Below are positions 1 through 13,805 of a stretch of DNA of 64,000 nt, in pieces (position 1 is the first letter of the stretch; the number at the start of each line of letters is the position of its first letter). The notes beneath the pieces were generated by a model that was not told where the DNA came from, did no database searches, and saw only the letters and a list, made by a program, of their open reading frames with translations. A program made the translations under genes and the position numbers. Source of the stretch: Eledone cirrhosa (lineage: Eukaryota); the NCBI GenBank assembly GCA_964016885.1, contig OZ024760.1:22134001-22198000 (forward strand), in the 5' to 3' direction.

Positions 1-106
1 CATTTGTGATGGGTATTAAGTTCCTCTCAACTTACCCCCCCCCCCCAAAAAAAAATAGTGAAGTACTACACAATAATCTCACACTTATATATATATATAT
101 GTATAT

Positions 107-322
107 ATAATAGAAAAAAACGAGAGAGTGTCGTTTACATATGACCCCTATGGGTCACATTGAGCCAATCCTTTGCGAAACGCGCGTAACAGGTCGATAG
201 GCAATAAATATTTGTCATAATGTAAACGAAACTTCCTCGTTTTTTTCTATTATATACACTTCGCCTGTGCGTAGAGTGCTTGATGTGGTTCCAACACTAG
301 TATTTTATCATACTAGCTACAC
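107..322 (+). mobile_element. Penelope-like pLTR fragment, family I, 5'-truncated with short inverted arm; 3' half of HHR
   Basis: Arms ~107-141 and ~214-255 are inverted. GCGAAACGCGCGTA gives GAAA plus a palindromic stem III plus GUA. Homologous to 23270-23420; flanked by (TA)n. Confidence 0.6.
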
Positions 323-373
<51 letters not shown>

Positions 374-374
374 A

Positions 375-640
375 TGATTAAAAGTTTAACAAGGTTCAAT
401 GAATTAATCAATGAATAAAGTTTCACAACAGATTAGAAGCATCCTACAGCGGGTTTTCTGGAGTTATTAATATTACTTCAAAATATTAATAAATATAGAC
501 ATTCATGTGATCAAATATATTTTATTATACATATTTCAGAGGTACTGAGCTATTTCAACAGTACGTCCTCATCAGATAAAATAAGTTGATGCTTGACATA
601 CCTTGACTACGTTGATGGTTAAAATTCAGTCATGGCAGTC
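375..640 (-). mobile_element. Penelope-like pLTR unit, family A (single arm)
   Basis: Between (TA)n tracts; carries an HHR; homologous to 41655-42048. Confidence 0.75.
518..583 (-). ncRNA. Type I hammerhead ribozyme (family A)
   Basis: Minus strand reads UAUUUUAU-CUGAUGA-GGACGUACUG..CAGUACCUCU-GAAA-U-AUGU-AUA^-AUAAAAUA, with an 8-bp stem I and a 10-position stem II with one C.C mismatch. Confidence 0.85.
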
Positions 641-654
641 ATATATGTATATAT

Positions 655-868
655 AACGAAGGAAATGTGGTAAGGAACCAGGTGAACCATAACGCACCAA
701 AGTACTCAATACTTAGGGTAATAGAGTGGGTAATAGGAACGAGTAGGACCCCGACGGCTGAGCTCAAGCCGTTTCGACGGCTAATTCTGGACTCCAGAAT
801 TAGCCGTCTGTCCAGAATTAGCCGTCGAAACGGCTTGAGCTCAGCCGTTGGGGTCCTACTCGTTCCTA
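655..868 (-). mobile_element. Family C fold-back unit (half-HHR pLTR)
   Basis: GAA-ACGGC-UUGAGCUCA-GCCGU-C^ occurs in both arms; inversion at CTGGACTCCAG; (TA)n flanks. Confidence 0.75.
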
Positions 869-895
869 TATATATATATATAAACACACACACAC

Positions 896-952
<57 letters not shown>

Positions 953-1084
953 ATACATAGTCACCCCATTCCACTTGTATAACTGCCACATGTTAAATTC
1001 CATTCTGTTAAAGTTTATTTATCTCTGAGGAAAGAATTTCCATGATTATGTCTGAAAAACCATTCACATCCGTTATTTATGTTG

Positions 1085-1631
1085 ATAACGAAGACGGTGA
1101 GAGCGGCGATGACGGTGGCGATGACGGTGACGATGATGGTGGCGATGACGGTGACGATGTTGGTGCCGATGATGGCGGCGATGACGGTGATGATGATAAA
1201 GCCGATGATGATGAAGACGATGGTGACGATGATGGCGGCGATGACGGTGATGATGATAAAGCCGATGATGGTGACGATGATGGGGGCGATGACGGTGATG
1301 ATGATAATGCCGATGATGATGGTGATGGCGATGATGGTGACGATGACGGTTATGATGATAATGCCGATGATGATAAAGCCGATGATGGTGACGATGATGG
1401 TGGCGATGATAAAGCCGATGAGGGTGACGATGATGGTGGCGATGACGGTGATGATGATAATGCCGATGATGATGATAGTGACGATGATGGCGGCGATGAC
1501 GGTTATGATGATAATGCCGATGATGGTGATGACAACAGTGCAGATGATGATGACGTTAAGGATGATGTTGTTGAGTGGTTGTCATTCATTGTTGATGTAG
1601 TAGTTGTTGTAGTACTAGTAGTAATAGTGGC

Positions 1632-1664
<33 letters not shown>

Positions 1665-1791
1665 TGTAGTAGTAGTAGTAGTTGTAGTAGTAGTAGTAGT
1701 AGCAGTAGTAGTAGTAGTAGTTGTAGTAGTAGTAGTAGTAATAGTGGCAGTAGTAGTAGTAGTAATAGTGGCAGTAGTAGTAGTAGTAGTT

Positions 1792-1822
<31 letters not shown>

Positions 1823-2370
1823 CAGTAGTAGTAGTTGTAGTAGTAGTTGTAGTAGTAGCAGCAGTAGTAGTAGTAGTAGTAGTCGTACTAGTAGTAATAG
1901 TGGCAGTAGTAGTCGTAGTTACAGCAGCAGCAGCAGTTATAGTAGTAGTAGTTGTAGTACTAGTAGTAATAGTGGCAGTAATAGTAGTAGTTACAGCAGC
2001 AGCAGCAGTAGTAGTAGCAGTAGTAGTAGCAGTAGTAGTAGTAGCAGTCTCCTCAGCATCACCATCATCATCGTCAACAACAACAACAACAACAACAACA
2101 ACATAAGCAGCAACAACAACAACAACAGCAACAACAACAGTAACAACAACAACAACAACAACAACAACAGTAACAACAACAACAACAACAGCAACAGCAA
2201 CAACACAACAGCAACAGCAACAACAGCAACAACAACAGCAACAACAGCAACAACAACAACAGCAGTAACAACAACAACAACAGCCACAACACCAACACCA
2301 ACAACAACACCAACAACAGCAACAGCAACAACAACAACAGCAGTAACAACAACAACAACAACAGTAGCAA
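1085..2370. repeat. Compound trinucleotide repeats (GAT/GAC/GGC)n, (GTA)n, (CAA/CAG)n
   Basis: Seen directly; source of the poly-D/poly-V ORF 1042-2106. Confidence 0.95.
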
Positions 2371-2697
2371 AATGAAGGAAAAAAGCTTACATTCCGGTTA
2401 AATCCTCATAATTTATTCTCCAATACAAATATGTAGGAAGTGAGTTCTAATTTCCGGCTCTGCAGAATAATATTTTTATTAGCCAATCCTAAATAATCGT
2501 TTTTTTTTTTGGAAAAAAAAAAGAAAAAAAAACCCTTCATAATCTTGACTCCAAAATTTACTTTCCTCCCCTCCAGGGGCTTAACAATATTATAATTCAG
2601 GAAAAATGTAAAACAAGAAATACAGTAATAAAATGTTTCATATAATGTCTCTGCTATAAAGACAAACAATTTTCTAAAAGATATTTAATAAAACTTG

Positions 2698-2734
<37 letters not shown>

Positions 2735-2852
2735 CTCTCTCTCACTTTTTCTCTGTCTGTGTCTCTCCCTTATATGACGCACACACATCCCCCCCCCCAT
2801 ATACATTAATATATAGTATACAATACAATACATACATACATATATATATATA

Positions 2853-3053
2853 TAGGAAAAAGTATGACCCCGACGGCAGAGCTAAAGCCGTTTCGACGGC
2901 TATTTCTGGACTCTGCAGTCCAGAAATAGCCGTCGAAACGGCTTGAACTCTGCCGTCGGGGTCATACTTTTTCCTATTTCCCACTCTACTACCCTAAGTA
3001 TTGAGTACTCTGGTGCGTTATGGTCCATCTGGTTCCTTACCACAATTCCTTTG

Positions 3054-3055
<2 letters not shown>
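2853..3055 (+). mobile_element. Family C fold-back unit (subfamily C2)
   Basis: Inverted arms around CTGGACTCTGCAGTCCAG; tail contains GTATTGAGTAC; (TA)n flanks. Confidence 0.75.
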
Positions 3056-3086
<31 letters not shown>

Positions 3087-3096
3087 CTCGCTGTCC

Positions 3097-3145
<49 letters not shown>

Positions 3146-3185
3146 GATATTAAACAAATGGAAACTATATTTATAAAACCATATT

Positions 3186-3250
3186 TATTTCATTATATAT
3201 ATTTCAGGGATACCAAGTTACATTATGGTATACCTTCATCAGACAAAATA
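3186..3250 (-). ncRNA. Type I hammerhead ribozyme (family B, inverted arm)
   Basis: Near reverse complement of 3390-3454 with intact CUGAUGA/GAAA core. Confidence 0.8.
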
Positions 3251-3389
3251 CAATATATACCAGTTTTATAAATAGATATTGACGTACCCCTTTTAAAAAA
3301 TTGACCGTTGTTTTTGGAGGCCATAAAAACAACAGTCAATTTTTTAAAAGGGGTACGTCAATGTCTATTTATAAAACTGTTATATATTG

Positions 3390-3454
3390 TATTTTGTCTG
3401 ATGAAGGCATACCATAATGTAACTTGGTATCCTTGAAATATATATAATGAAATA
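3390..3454 (+). ncRNA. Type I hammerhead ribozyme (family B)
   Basis: UAUUUUGU-CUGAUGA-AGGCAUACCA..UGGUAUCCUU-GAAA-U-AUAU-AUA^-AUGAAAUA. Confidence 0.85.
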
Positions 3455-3581
3455 AATATGGTTTTATAAATATAGTTTCCATTTATTAATATCGTATATC
3501 TACTCCAAATATTTGTCGAGTGCTTTATATCAGTTATAAAAATATTTGCTTGTTGTATCCCAACAATTTAAATAGAACTTT

Positions 3582-3627
<46 letters not shown>

Positions 3628-3768
3628 TATATATATTTATGTATATATTGGAACTCTATAACCGAAGCCGTCGCCATTCCGCCAACGCAGACTTAGGCAA
3701 GAATTTTAGGGTGAAGCTCAATGGTCTCCAGAGGATTATACCACCCCACCACACATTACATATATATG

Positions 3769-3834
<66 letters not shown>

Positions 3835-4129
3835 GATATTATCAAACGATATTTGTTAATAAAGTGTGGCCAAGATACTTACGTGCGAACATACCACTCA
3901 TGATTTACACGGACTAACACGTTTTATTTATCTATCGAAACATTTATTTGTAAACACACTCACATTCACACAGACACACTCACACACAGACACACTCACA
4001 CAGAGACACACACACACTCTCTCTCTCACAGACTCACACACACACTCTCTCTCACAGACTCACACACACACTCTCTCTCTCAGACTCACACTCTCACACG
4101 CTCTCTCACCCCCACATATATGTAGAGTA

Positions 4130-4885
4130 ATAATTGTCTCTTTTTTTGGCACGAGGCCAACAATTATCCCACTGCATTACTGAGTTTCTAATTTAATCAC
4201 AAGGTTAGCAATTATCCCACTGCATTACTGGGTTTATGATTTAGACACAAGGCTAACAATTATCCCATTGCATTACTGGGTTTATGATTTAGAGACAAGG
4301 CTAACAATTATCCCACTGCATTACTGGGTTTATGATTTAGACACAAGGCTAGCAATTATCCCACTGCATTACTGGGTTTATGATTTAGAGACAAGGCTAT
4401 CAATTATCCCATTGCATTACTGGGTTTATGATTTAGAGACAAGGCTAGCAATTATCCCACTGCATTACTGGGTTTATGATTTAGACACAAGGCTAACAAT
4501 TATCCCACTGCATTACTGGGTTTATGATTTAGACACAAGGCTAACAATTATCCCACTGCATTACTGGGTTTATGATTTAGACACAAGGCTAGCAATTATC
4601 CCAGTGTATTACTGGGTTCATGATTTAGAGACAAGGCTAGCAATTATCCCACTGCATTACTGGGTTTATGATTTAGACACAAGGCTAACAATTATCCCAC
4701 TGCATTACTGGGTTTATGATTTAGACACAAGGCTAACAATTATCCCACTGCATTACTGGGTTTATGATTTAGACACAAGGCTAGCAATTATCCCAGTGTA
4801 TTACTGGGTTCATGATTTAGACACAAGACTAACAGTTATCCCAGTGTATTACTGGGTTTTTGATTAAAGCACAAGGCCAACAATT
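4130..4885. repeat. 48-bp minisatellite (~15 copies) derived from a SINE 3' tail
   Basis: Unit ACAAGGCTAACAATTATCCCACTGCATTACTGGGTTTATGATTTAGAC matches the tail of the adjacent SINE family. Confidence 0.9.
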
Positions 4886-5075
4886 TTGTCGAGAGGAGAA
4901 AGTCGATTATATCCACCCCAGTACATTACTGGTGCTTTATTTTATCGACCCCGTAAGGATGAAAGGCAAAGCTAACCTCGGAGGTACTTGAACTTAGAAC
5001 GTTAACAGATGTGACTCCATGCCGTGAATTATGATGTCCGATGCTCTACCGATTGCTGCCAATCCAGCTCCCTTA
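4870..5075 (-). mobile_element. tRNA-derived SINE (family S1)
   Basis: Central domain GCCTTTCATCCTTACGGGGTCGATAAAATAAAG(T/C)ACCAG; homologous to 39259-39453. Confidence 0.85.
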
Positions 5076-6913
5076 CAGGGATTATATAATATTTGCATAT
5101 ATTAATAAAAATCCCCCCAGAAAAATAACGAGAAAAATATTATATAACAAAGTAAGGGAAAGATATGTGGAAGGGACAAACTGGTAGAATCAACACTCCC
5201 CCGGTCAAGGTGGTATTCTCTCATCGTAAAGAAAATGGCGTAATCATTGCCGCGGAGAACAGACACTGTGACATGGGCTGCATCAATCACTTCACCTTAC
5301 AGGAGATATCTGAACTCCTCCCAAATTTACTGAGGAAAAAAAAAAAAAAAACCACAGTTCGTTGGGTTGAGGACACGAAAGATCTTGATTGACAGCGACC
5401 AGAACAAAATGGAAGCTGTCGGTCAATTGATATTCCAAGATGGCTATCTAACCAACCATGTATTTATTTATTCATCCATTCATTTATTTTTTATGCTATT
5501 TTTATTTATATTGTTATTTATATATTTTAGTATTACTTTTTGTTTTTGTTTTTTTTGTTTGTTATATATCTGGCCGTTAGCCAAGCAGAGAGAACCACAT
5601 TCTGCATTTATAAATATAAAAAAAGTGGGAAACCGCAAATAATGTCAGACCATCAAAGCACGCACACACACACACCCGCACACACACACTCAAACACACA
5701 CACACACTGATACAGACAGACACACACACACACACACACACAGACACACACAGTCACACACAGTCAAACACTCCCACACACACTCAAACACACACACACA
5801 TACGCACTCTCACACACAGATACAGACACACACACACACACACAGTCAAACACTCCCACACACACTCAAACACACACACACACAGATACAAACACACACG
5901 CCCGCACACACACACACACTCAAACACACACACACACAGACTCACACACACAGGTACAGACACACACGCACACACACAGACACACACAGTCACACACAGT
6001 CAAACACACACACACATATACACAAACACACACGCCCGCACACACACAGACACGCCCGCACACAAACATACACGCCCGCACACACAGAGAGAGAGACACA
6101 CAGACTTAACCACATATACAGAGATACATACACACAGAACCCCCCCCCCCCCCCCCCCCCCCCTTGCCCCTTCCCACCTAAAAAAGAAATAAAGCAAAAA
6201 AAAAAAACACATTCAGCATTTACAAATGAAAAAGTGGGAAGTCGCAAATAACATCAGACCATCAAAACACACACACCTACGCACACACACAAACACACAC
6301 TCAAACACGCACTCTCACACATACACCCACACTCACACATACAGAGTCACACAAACACACACACTCACACTCAAACACATACTCAAACACACACACACAC
6401 ACTCAAACACACACACACACATAGAACCACTCACACACACTCAAACACATACTCAAACACACACACACACACTCAAACACACAGAGAAGCACACACAGAC
6501 ACACAGACGCTCAAACACACACAGAGAAGCACACACAGACACAGGCACACACACACACATACAAAATACACTCGTGCCCTAAATATCAAACAAACAAACA
6601 AAAATTAATCAATAAACAGAGAGAGAGAGAGATAGAGAGCGAGAGCGAGAGAGAGAGCGAGAGAGATAAAGAGAGAGCGAGAGAGAGAAAGGAAGAGAGC
6701 GAGAGAGATAGAGAGCGAGAGAGAGAGTGAGAGAATGAGAGAGATAAAGAGAGAGCGAGAGAGAGAAAGGAAGAGAGAGAGAGATAGAGAGCGAGAGAGA
6801 GAGAGAAAGGAAGAGAGAGAGAGAGAGAGAGAGATAGATAGGCAGATCGATAGATAGATAGAAAGATCGATAGATAGAGAGAACGAGAGAGAGAGAGAGA
6901 TAGAGAGAGTAAA

Positions 6914-6953
<40 letters not shown>

Positions 6954-7015
6954 TAATGCCATCACTTCGATTCATCTCTCTTCAGGCGGCCATTTTGTGC
7001 CCCCCCCCCTCTCAC

Positions 7016-7148
7016 CTTGTAAAACTGAAAAGTAGCGAAGATATATAAAAGACGTCTGGTAGTTGATAGATTGTCACGTGAGAAATTGAACAAACCGGAA
7101 GCATCTAAGCTGCCTTCAGATATTATCGTGAACAATCGAGCTGAACGT
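7016..7148 (-). CDS. Candidate internal exon of an unidentified minus-strand gene
   Basis: CAG|...AAG|GTGAG boundaries, open frame RSARLFTIISEG...FQFYK, unique island among repeats; no homology recognised. Confidence 0.3.
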
Positions 7149-7362
7149 CTGTATGATGTTATTTTCTTTCTTGGGGTGGGGGGTGGGGGTGGGGGGAGGG
7201 TCGGCGGAGGCGGGTGAGGTGGGGGCTGGGGGTTCTGCGGAAGGTGGTGGTGGTGGAGAGTCGGATTGAGATGAACAGGGGTGGGGGTGGGGGTGGGTGG
7301 AGTGATGAGTATGTGATGGTGCAGATTTGAGTGTGTGTGTGTGTGTAGGAAGAGAGGTTGTT

Positions 7363-7405
<43 letters not shown>

Positions 7406-7716
7406 AGAAATTGTTTGTGTGTGAGTGTGAATGTGTGTATGTATGTGTGTATGTATGCGTGAGTCTGTTAGCGGGTTGTTTGTGTGTGTATGTATGTGCG
7501 TATGGAGCGATTGTGTGTATATAGGAGACATTGCTTGTGTGTAAGTGTGTGGAGGAATTGTTTGTAAGTGTGCGTGAATGTGTGTTTATGTGTATATTTT
7601 GCGTGAGTAGTTATATTTATGTATTTACAAATGCACGTATGTATAAATGAGAGTATGTATGTATAAATATAAATATATATATATATATACATACACACAT
7701 ATATATATATATATAT

Positions 7717-8018
7717 ATAAATTCTGCAAATAACACCTGATGAAATCGTATACTCTTGCATTATAATCGAATGATAAAGCTGGGCCATAGAAATATGTAT
7801 AGTGCTTTTGCGGAATTAAAATTCTAAAGTAAATTTTATAGTCCGTCCTGCTGTTGTTGTTTTAATGTATACTTTACTCCATTCCTGCACAAGCGACTGG
7901 GTCCCACATCTACGATGGATGACCTACATAACGTGGAGTGCTTTAATCAATTTGTTGCATCATTGTTTACCAGCCCGACCACCAATTCTACCCATTGGTA
8001 AACAGCATAACATAAATG

Positions 8019-8020
<2 letters not shown>
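7717..8020 (+). mobile_element. Penelope-like pLTR unit, family H
   Basis: HHR-like motif plus ACUCCAU...GUGGAGU 3' stem; (TA)n flanks. Confidence 0.6.
7729..7809 (+). ncRNA. Hammerhead-like motif (family H), long irregular stem II
   Basis: CAC-CUGAUGA...GAAA-U-AUGU-AUA^-GUG; stem III is identical to family A. Confidence 0.55.
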
Positions 8021-8062
<42 letters not shown>

Positions 8063-8064
<2 letters not shown>

Positions 8065-8245
8065 GATATTAACAAATGGAAACTATATTTATAAAACCAT
8101 ATTTATTTCATTATACATATTTCAAGGATACCATGTTAAATTATGGTATGCCTTCATGAGACAAAATACAATATATACCAGTTTTATAAATAAACATTCA
8201 CGTACCCTTTCAAAATGCAACCGTTACTTTTGGAAGACATCAGGA
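8063..8245 (-). mobile_element. Family B single arm with mutated HHR core (CUCAUGA) at 8104-8168
   Basis: Homologous to 3143-3315. Confidence 0.75.
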
Positions 8246-8464
8246 TAGTGTGTTTGTTTATTTTAGTAAGTCGTTGTGTTAAGGAGAGGGAAAAAGACGG
8301 AGAGAGAGAGAAACCGAGAGAGAGAAAAGTGGAGAAAAGAAAGGGAGAGATAAATAAAGAAAAAAGAAAAAAAAAAGAAAAAAGAAAAAAGAAAAAAGAA
8401 AAAAGAAAAAAGAAAAAAGAAAAAAGAAAAAAGAAAAAAGAAAAAAGAAAAAAGAAAAAAGAAA

Positions 8465-8535
<71 letters not shown>

Positions 8536-9034
8536 ATAGAAGTATGAATATGTATGCGTGTGTGTGAGATACAAAAATGTGGTAAGTCCTGATGGAAGTC
8601 GGGTTCAACCAGAATATATATGTAATGAAGAGAGAGAGAGAGAGAGTGAGAGAGAGAGAGAAAGACAGAGAAAGAGAAAGAGAGAGGGGGAGAAAGGGGA
8701 CGAGAATGATAGAGAGGGGGGCTAGAAAGATAAATAGATAGATAGGGAAAGATATATAGGGAGAGAGATAATGGGAGAGGGAGTGAGTGAGAGAGTGGTG
8801 ATAAGAAGTGTTGTTTCGTTCTGATTAACTTATACCGTAACTACTCCCACCAACACCACCATCCCTCCCCTACACGTCTCCCCCTTCACTGAAACCCCAC
8901 CACAACCCGCCCTGCCCACCCCACCAAACTTGGCAGCATTTTCGGTCATTTCCGTCAGATTTCCGATCAAATACTACAAAATGAGGAACATGTTGATGCA
9001 AGTAGCTCCGTCGACTCTTCACCTGCAGCAGCTG

Positions 9035-9071
<37 letters not shown>

Positions 9072-9091
9072 GCTACTACCACTACCACCAT

Positions 9092-9137
<46 letters not shown>

Positions 9138-9157
9138 GCTACTACCACTACCACCAT

Positions 9158-9198
<41 letters not shown>

Positions 9199-9247
9199 TT
9201 ACCACCACCACTACTACTACTACTACCACCACTACCACTGCCACCAT

Positions 9248-9301
<54 letters not shown>

Positions 9302-9307
9302 CACTAT

Positions 9308-9358
<51 letters not shown>

Positions 9359-9384
9359 TACTACTACTGCTACTACTACTACTG

Positions 9385-10155
9385 AAAGGTTAAGCAATCA
9401 GGTTTCATCTTAAATCATCAATGTCAAAGATTAGACAATCTGGTTTCATCTTAAGCTATTTTTATTAAATGTTACAATTATGTTCATCTTAAGCCATCAA
9501 TATGAAAGGTTAAACTATCTAGTTTTATCTTAAGCCATCAATGTAAATGGTGTTAGACCATCAGGTTTCATCTTAAGCAATCTCTATTAAATGTTAGACA
9601 ATCATGTTCATCTTAAGCCATCAATATGAAACGTTACACCATCTACAGGGTGGGCCAGAATTCATGACTCACTTGATTATTTATACATCTATTAAAAGTT
9701 TTAAAGGGATATTAAGAAATAAAATAATAAATTACAACAATACAATAACAATAAAATAAGTATGTTAAGAAATATAACTAACATGCGAGTCATGAATTCT
9801 GGCCAACCCTGTTTAATCTTAAACCATCAATGTAAATGGTGTCAGGCCATCTGGTATGATTTAAGCCATCAATATAAATTGTGATAGACAAGCCGATTTC
9901 ATCTTAATTCATCAATGTGAAAGGTGTTAGGCAATCAGGTTTGATATCAAACCATCAATGTAAGTGGTTATATAAACTGGTTCCACCTAAAGCCACCAAT
10001 GAGAAGACAATCTGGTCTTCTCTTAAACCATCAATATGAAAGATTGACAATCTGGTCTTATCTTAAACCATCAATATGAAAGGTTGTCAATCAGGTTTTA
10101 TCTTAAACCGTCAATATGAAAGATTAGCCAATCAGGTTTCATCTTAAACCATCAA
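9385..10155. repeat. Degenerate ~40-bp minisatellite
   Basis: Recurring TCATCTTAAACCATCAATATGAAAGGTTAGACAATCTGGTT-like unit. Confidence 0.8.
9646..9811. mobile_element. Tc1/mariner-type MITE
   Basis: TIRs CAGGGTGGGCCAGAATTCATGACTC / GAGTCATGAATTCTGGCCAACCCTG; TA at the left end. Confidence 0.8.
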
Positions 10156-10217
10156 TGTATATACATATATACATACATACATACATACATATATATATAT
10201 ATAAATATATATATACA

Positions 10218-10845
10218 TATATATATACATATATATATGGTGGTTGCCAACTCGTTTTCGAGTACGGCCATTACTTTATATCCTTGTAGGAGAACCCCTA
10301 CCGATGCGCTGAACGAGTGTGACTTTTTAGTCCAGCCAGCGACTTGAAAACTCTGGAACAAACACTACACTTGTGACAAATATTGACACATAGTGCTGGG
10401 CCCATGGCACCATGTGACGACAAGGGCAGAGAGATCTCCAAATATAAAGCAATGCCTGTGCTGTGAAGCTTTTATAGTGAGCAAAGGCACTGCACGAAGC
10501 CAGTCCCACTCTCGTAACCAAGATGATATTTACCAAAAAGAAGAACAAGTCAACATCATTGGATACCATCAGGGTTGCAGGTGTTATATCAGTGTTTTAC
10601 TTCTCCTAGAATTCTCCCTTGACAAAGGCTAAGGGGTCATCTCTCCCGGTGATTTTGGATGGCCATTGAGTCTTAAGAGCTCCTTTGCCCTTTGACAGGT
10701 TTTGTTTTTAGTCCTGCAGGATGTCCAAAGTCACCCTCCTCACCAAGAAACCTTGGTGGGTTTGTCAGTTTAGTCGCCAACGACCCGACCATGAGACAGG
10801 TTGTACTGGGATACATGTTACCAGTAGCACCAACTGGTGACCTGA
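10218..10845 (+). mobile_element. Unclassified interspersed repeat family E (structured 5' hairpin)
   Basis: Homologous copies at 24940-25313, 58091-58459, 16337-16410 and 26056-26642; always next to (TA)/(CATA)n. Confidence 0.7.
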
Positions 10846-11062
10846 CATATATATATACATATATATATATACATATATACATACATATTTATATAGATAT
10901 ATATATACATATATATATATATACATATATAGATATATATATACATATATATATATACATATATACATACATATTTATATACATATATATATACATATAT
11001 ACATACATATATATATATACATACATATATATATATATACATACATATATATATATATATAG

Positions 11063-11095
<33 letters not shown>

Positions 11096-11156
11096 GATAT
11101 ATATATATACATATATATATATATAGATATATATATATACATATATATATATATAG

Positions 11157-11189
<33 letters not shown>

Positions 11190-11220
11190 GATATATATAT
11201 ATACATATATATATATATAG

Positions 11221-11253
<33 letters not shown>

Positions 11254-11298
11254 GATATATATATATACATATATATATATATACATATATATATATAG

Positions 11299-11331
<33 letters not shown>

Positions 11332-11332
11332 G

Positions 11333-11365
<33 letters not shown>

Positions 11366-11366
11366 G

Positions 11367-11397
<31 letters not shown>

Positions 11398-11432
11398 GAT
11401 ATATATATATATATATAGATATATATATATAC

Positions 11433-11499
<67 letters not shown>

Positions 11500-11879
11500 C
11501 ATATATATATATACATATATACATACATATTTATATACATATATATATACATATATACAATATATATATATATATATATACATATATACATACATATATA
11601 TCCATACATATATATATACATAAATATATATATATATATATATACATGCATATATATATATACATATATACATACATATATATATACATATATATATACA
11701 TACATATATATATATATACATATATATATACATATATATATACATATATATATACATATATATATATACATGCATATATATATATACATATATACATACA
11801 TATATATATACATATATATATACATACATATATATATATATACATATATATATACATATATATATACATATATATATAC

Positions 11880-11918
<39 letters not shown>

Positions 11919-12130
11919 CATATATATATAACATATATATATATACATACATATATAAACATATATACATATATATATATACATATATATATATACATAC
12001 ATATATATATACATATATATATACATACATATGTAAGTTAATTTAAAAAAAATTTTTTAAAACTTTTTTTATTTTACGTCTTTTATACATACATATATAT
12101 ATATATATACATACATATATATATATATAT

Positions 12131-12161
<31 letters not shown>

Positions 12162-12182
12162 CATACATATATATATATATAT

Positions 12183-12275
<93 letters not shown>

Positions 12276-12352
12276 CATACATATATATATATATATATAC
12301 ATACATATATATATATATACATACATATATATATATACATATATATATATAC

Positions 12353-12417
<65 letters not shown>

Positions 12418-12485
12418 GTACATACATATATATATACTTACATGTATATATATATATACATACATATACTTACATATATATACAT

Positions 12486-12520
<35 letters not shown>

Positions 12521-12820
12521 CATATATATATACATACATACATATACATATATATATACATATATATACATAAATATATATATACATACACATATATATA
12601 TGTATACATATGTATATATATATACATACATATAAATAAATATATATATACATATATACATACTTATACATAAATATATATATACATATATATATATACA
12701 TATATATATACATATATATATATACATATATATATATATACATATATACATAAATACATATATATATACATATACACATATATATATATATACATATACA
12801 TATATATATATATATATATA
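10845..12820. repeat. (TA)n/(CATA)n/(GATA)n compound microsatellite field
   Basis: Seen directly. Confidence 0.95.
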
Positions 12821-12980
12821 CACAGTATATTTGCATATATTCTCGTGGGAGAGGTAAAGTAAGCAGGTGGTCCAAGATGTAAATGCCTACACACACACAC
12901 GTACACACACGTACACACACACACACACATATATATATGTGTGTGTGTGAGTGAATGTGTGAGTTTGTGTGAATGTAGAC

Positions 12981-13037
<57 letters not shown>

Positions 13038-13130
13038 CATATATATATATATATATCCATATATATATATACATATGAGAGTATTAAAGTTTGCTTGAAG
13101 CTTTGTGAAATAATATATATATATATATAT

Positions 13131-13217
<87 letters not shown>

Positions 13218-13223
13218 CATATG

Positions 13224-13257
<34 letters not shown>

Positions 13258-13316
13258 TATTTATATATATATGTACAATATTAAATAAATGGAAACTATA
13301 TTTATAAAACCATATT

Positions 13317-13382
13317 TATTTCATTATATATATTTCGGGGATATCATATTAACAATATGCTATGCCTTCCTCAGACAAAATA
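13317..13382 (-). ncRNA. Type I hammerhead ribozyme (B2, inverted arm)
   Basis: Core CUGAGGA...GAAA, stem I UAUUUUGU/AUGAAAUA. Confidence 0.75.
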
Positions 13383-13525
13383 CAATATAAACAGTTTTAT
13401 AGATAAATAGATTCGACATACCGTAACAACACCGACTTGCATTTGAAGAGGTTGAACCTCTTCAAATGCAAGTCGGTGTTGTTACGGTATGTCGAATCTA
13501 TTTATCTATAAAACTGTTTATATTG

Positions 13526-13591
13526 TATTTTGTCTGAGGAAGGCATAGCATATTGTTAATATGATATCCCCGAAATATATATAATGAAATA
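13526..13591 (+). ncRNA. Type I hammerhead ribozyme (B2)
   Basis: CUGAGGA-AGGCAUAGCAUAUU..AAUAUGAUAUCCCC-GAAA-U-AUAU-AUA^. Confidence 0.75.
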
Positions 13592-13719
13592 AATATGGTT
13601 TTATAAATATAGTTTCCATTTATTTAATATTGTAAATATACTCCAAATATTTGTCGAGTGCTTTTATATCAGTTATAAATATTTACTAGTTGTAACCCAA
13701 CAATTTTAAATATAACTTT

Positions 13720-13764
<45 letters not shown>

Positions 13765-13773
13765 TACATAATA

Positions 13774-13805
<32 letters not shown>

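Larger units (their letters stand above)
3143..3586 (+). mobile_element. Penelope-like pLTR unit, family B, fold-back palindrome
   Basis: ~170-bp inverted arms centred near 3319, a ~90-bp unique 3' tail, and (TA)n on both sides. Confidence 0.8.
13273..13722 (+). mobile_element. Family B2 fold-back palindrome unit
   Basis: Near-perfect ~180-bp arms around GAGGTTGAACCTC, unique 3' tail, (TA)n flanks. Confidence 0.8.

Noticed and set aside
667-960. Recurrent short ORFs MVRNQ...[12 protein letters not shown] in family C
   Set aside because: They are open on both strands because of the palindrome and run into microsatellites; no coding signature.
1042-2106. 354-aa acidic / poly-Val ORF
   Set aside because: It consists entirely of trinucleotide repeats; no domain or splice support.
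4268-4867. 199-aa repeat protein
   Set aside because: The open frame is a by-product of a 48-bp SINE-derived unit.
10393-10632. Family E ORF resembling a GIY-YIG C-terminus (..CREAFIV..LNQDD) and a twister-like AAUGCC..AAGC..AGUG string
   Set aside because: There is an in-frame stop just upstream and relatives do not keep the frame. Twister P4 and the UAA-CACU-GC elements are not satisfied.
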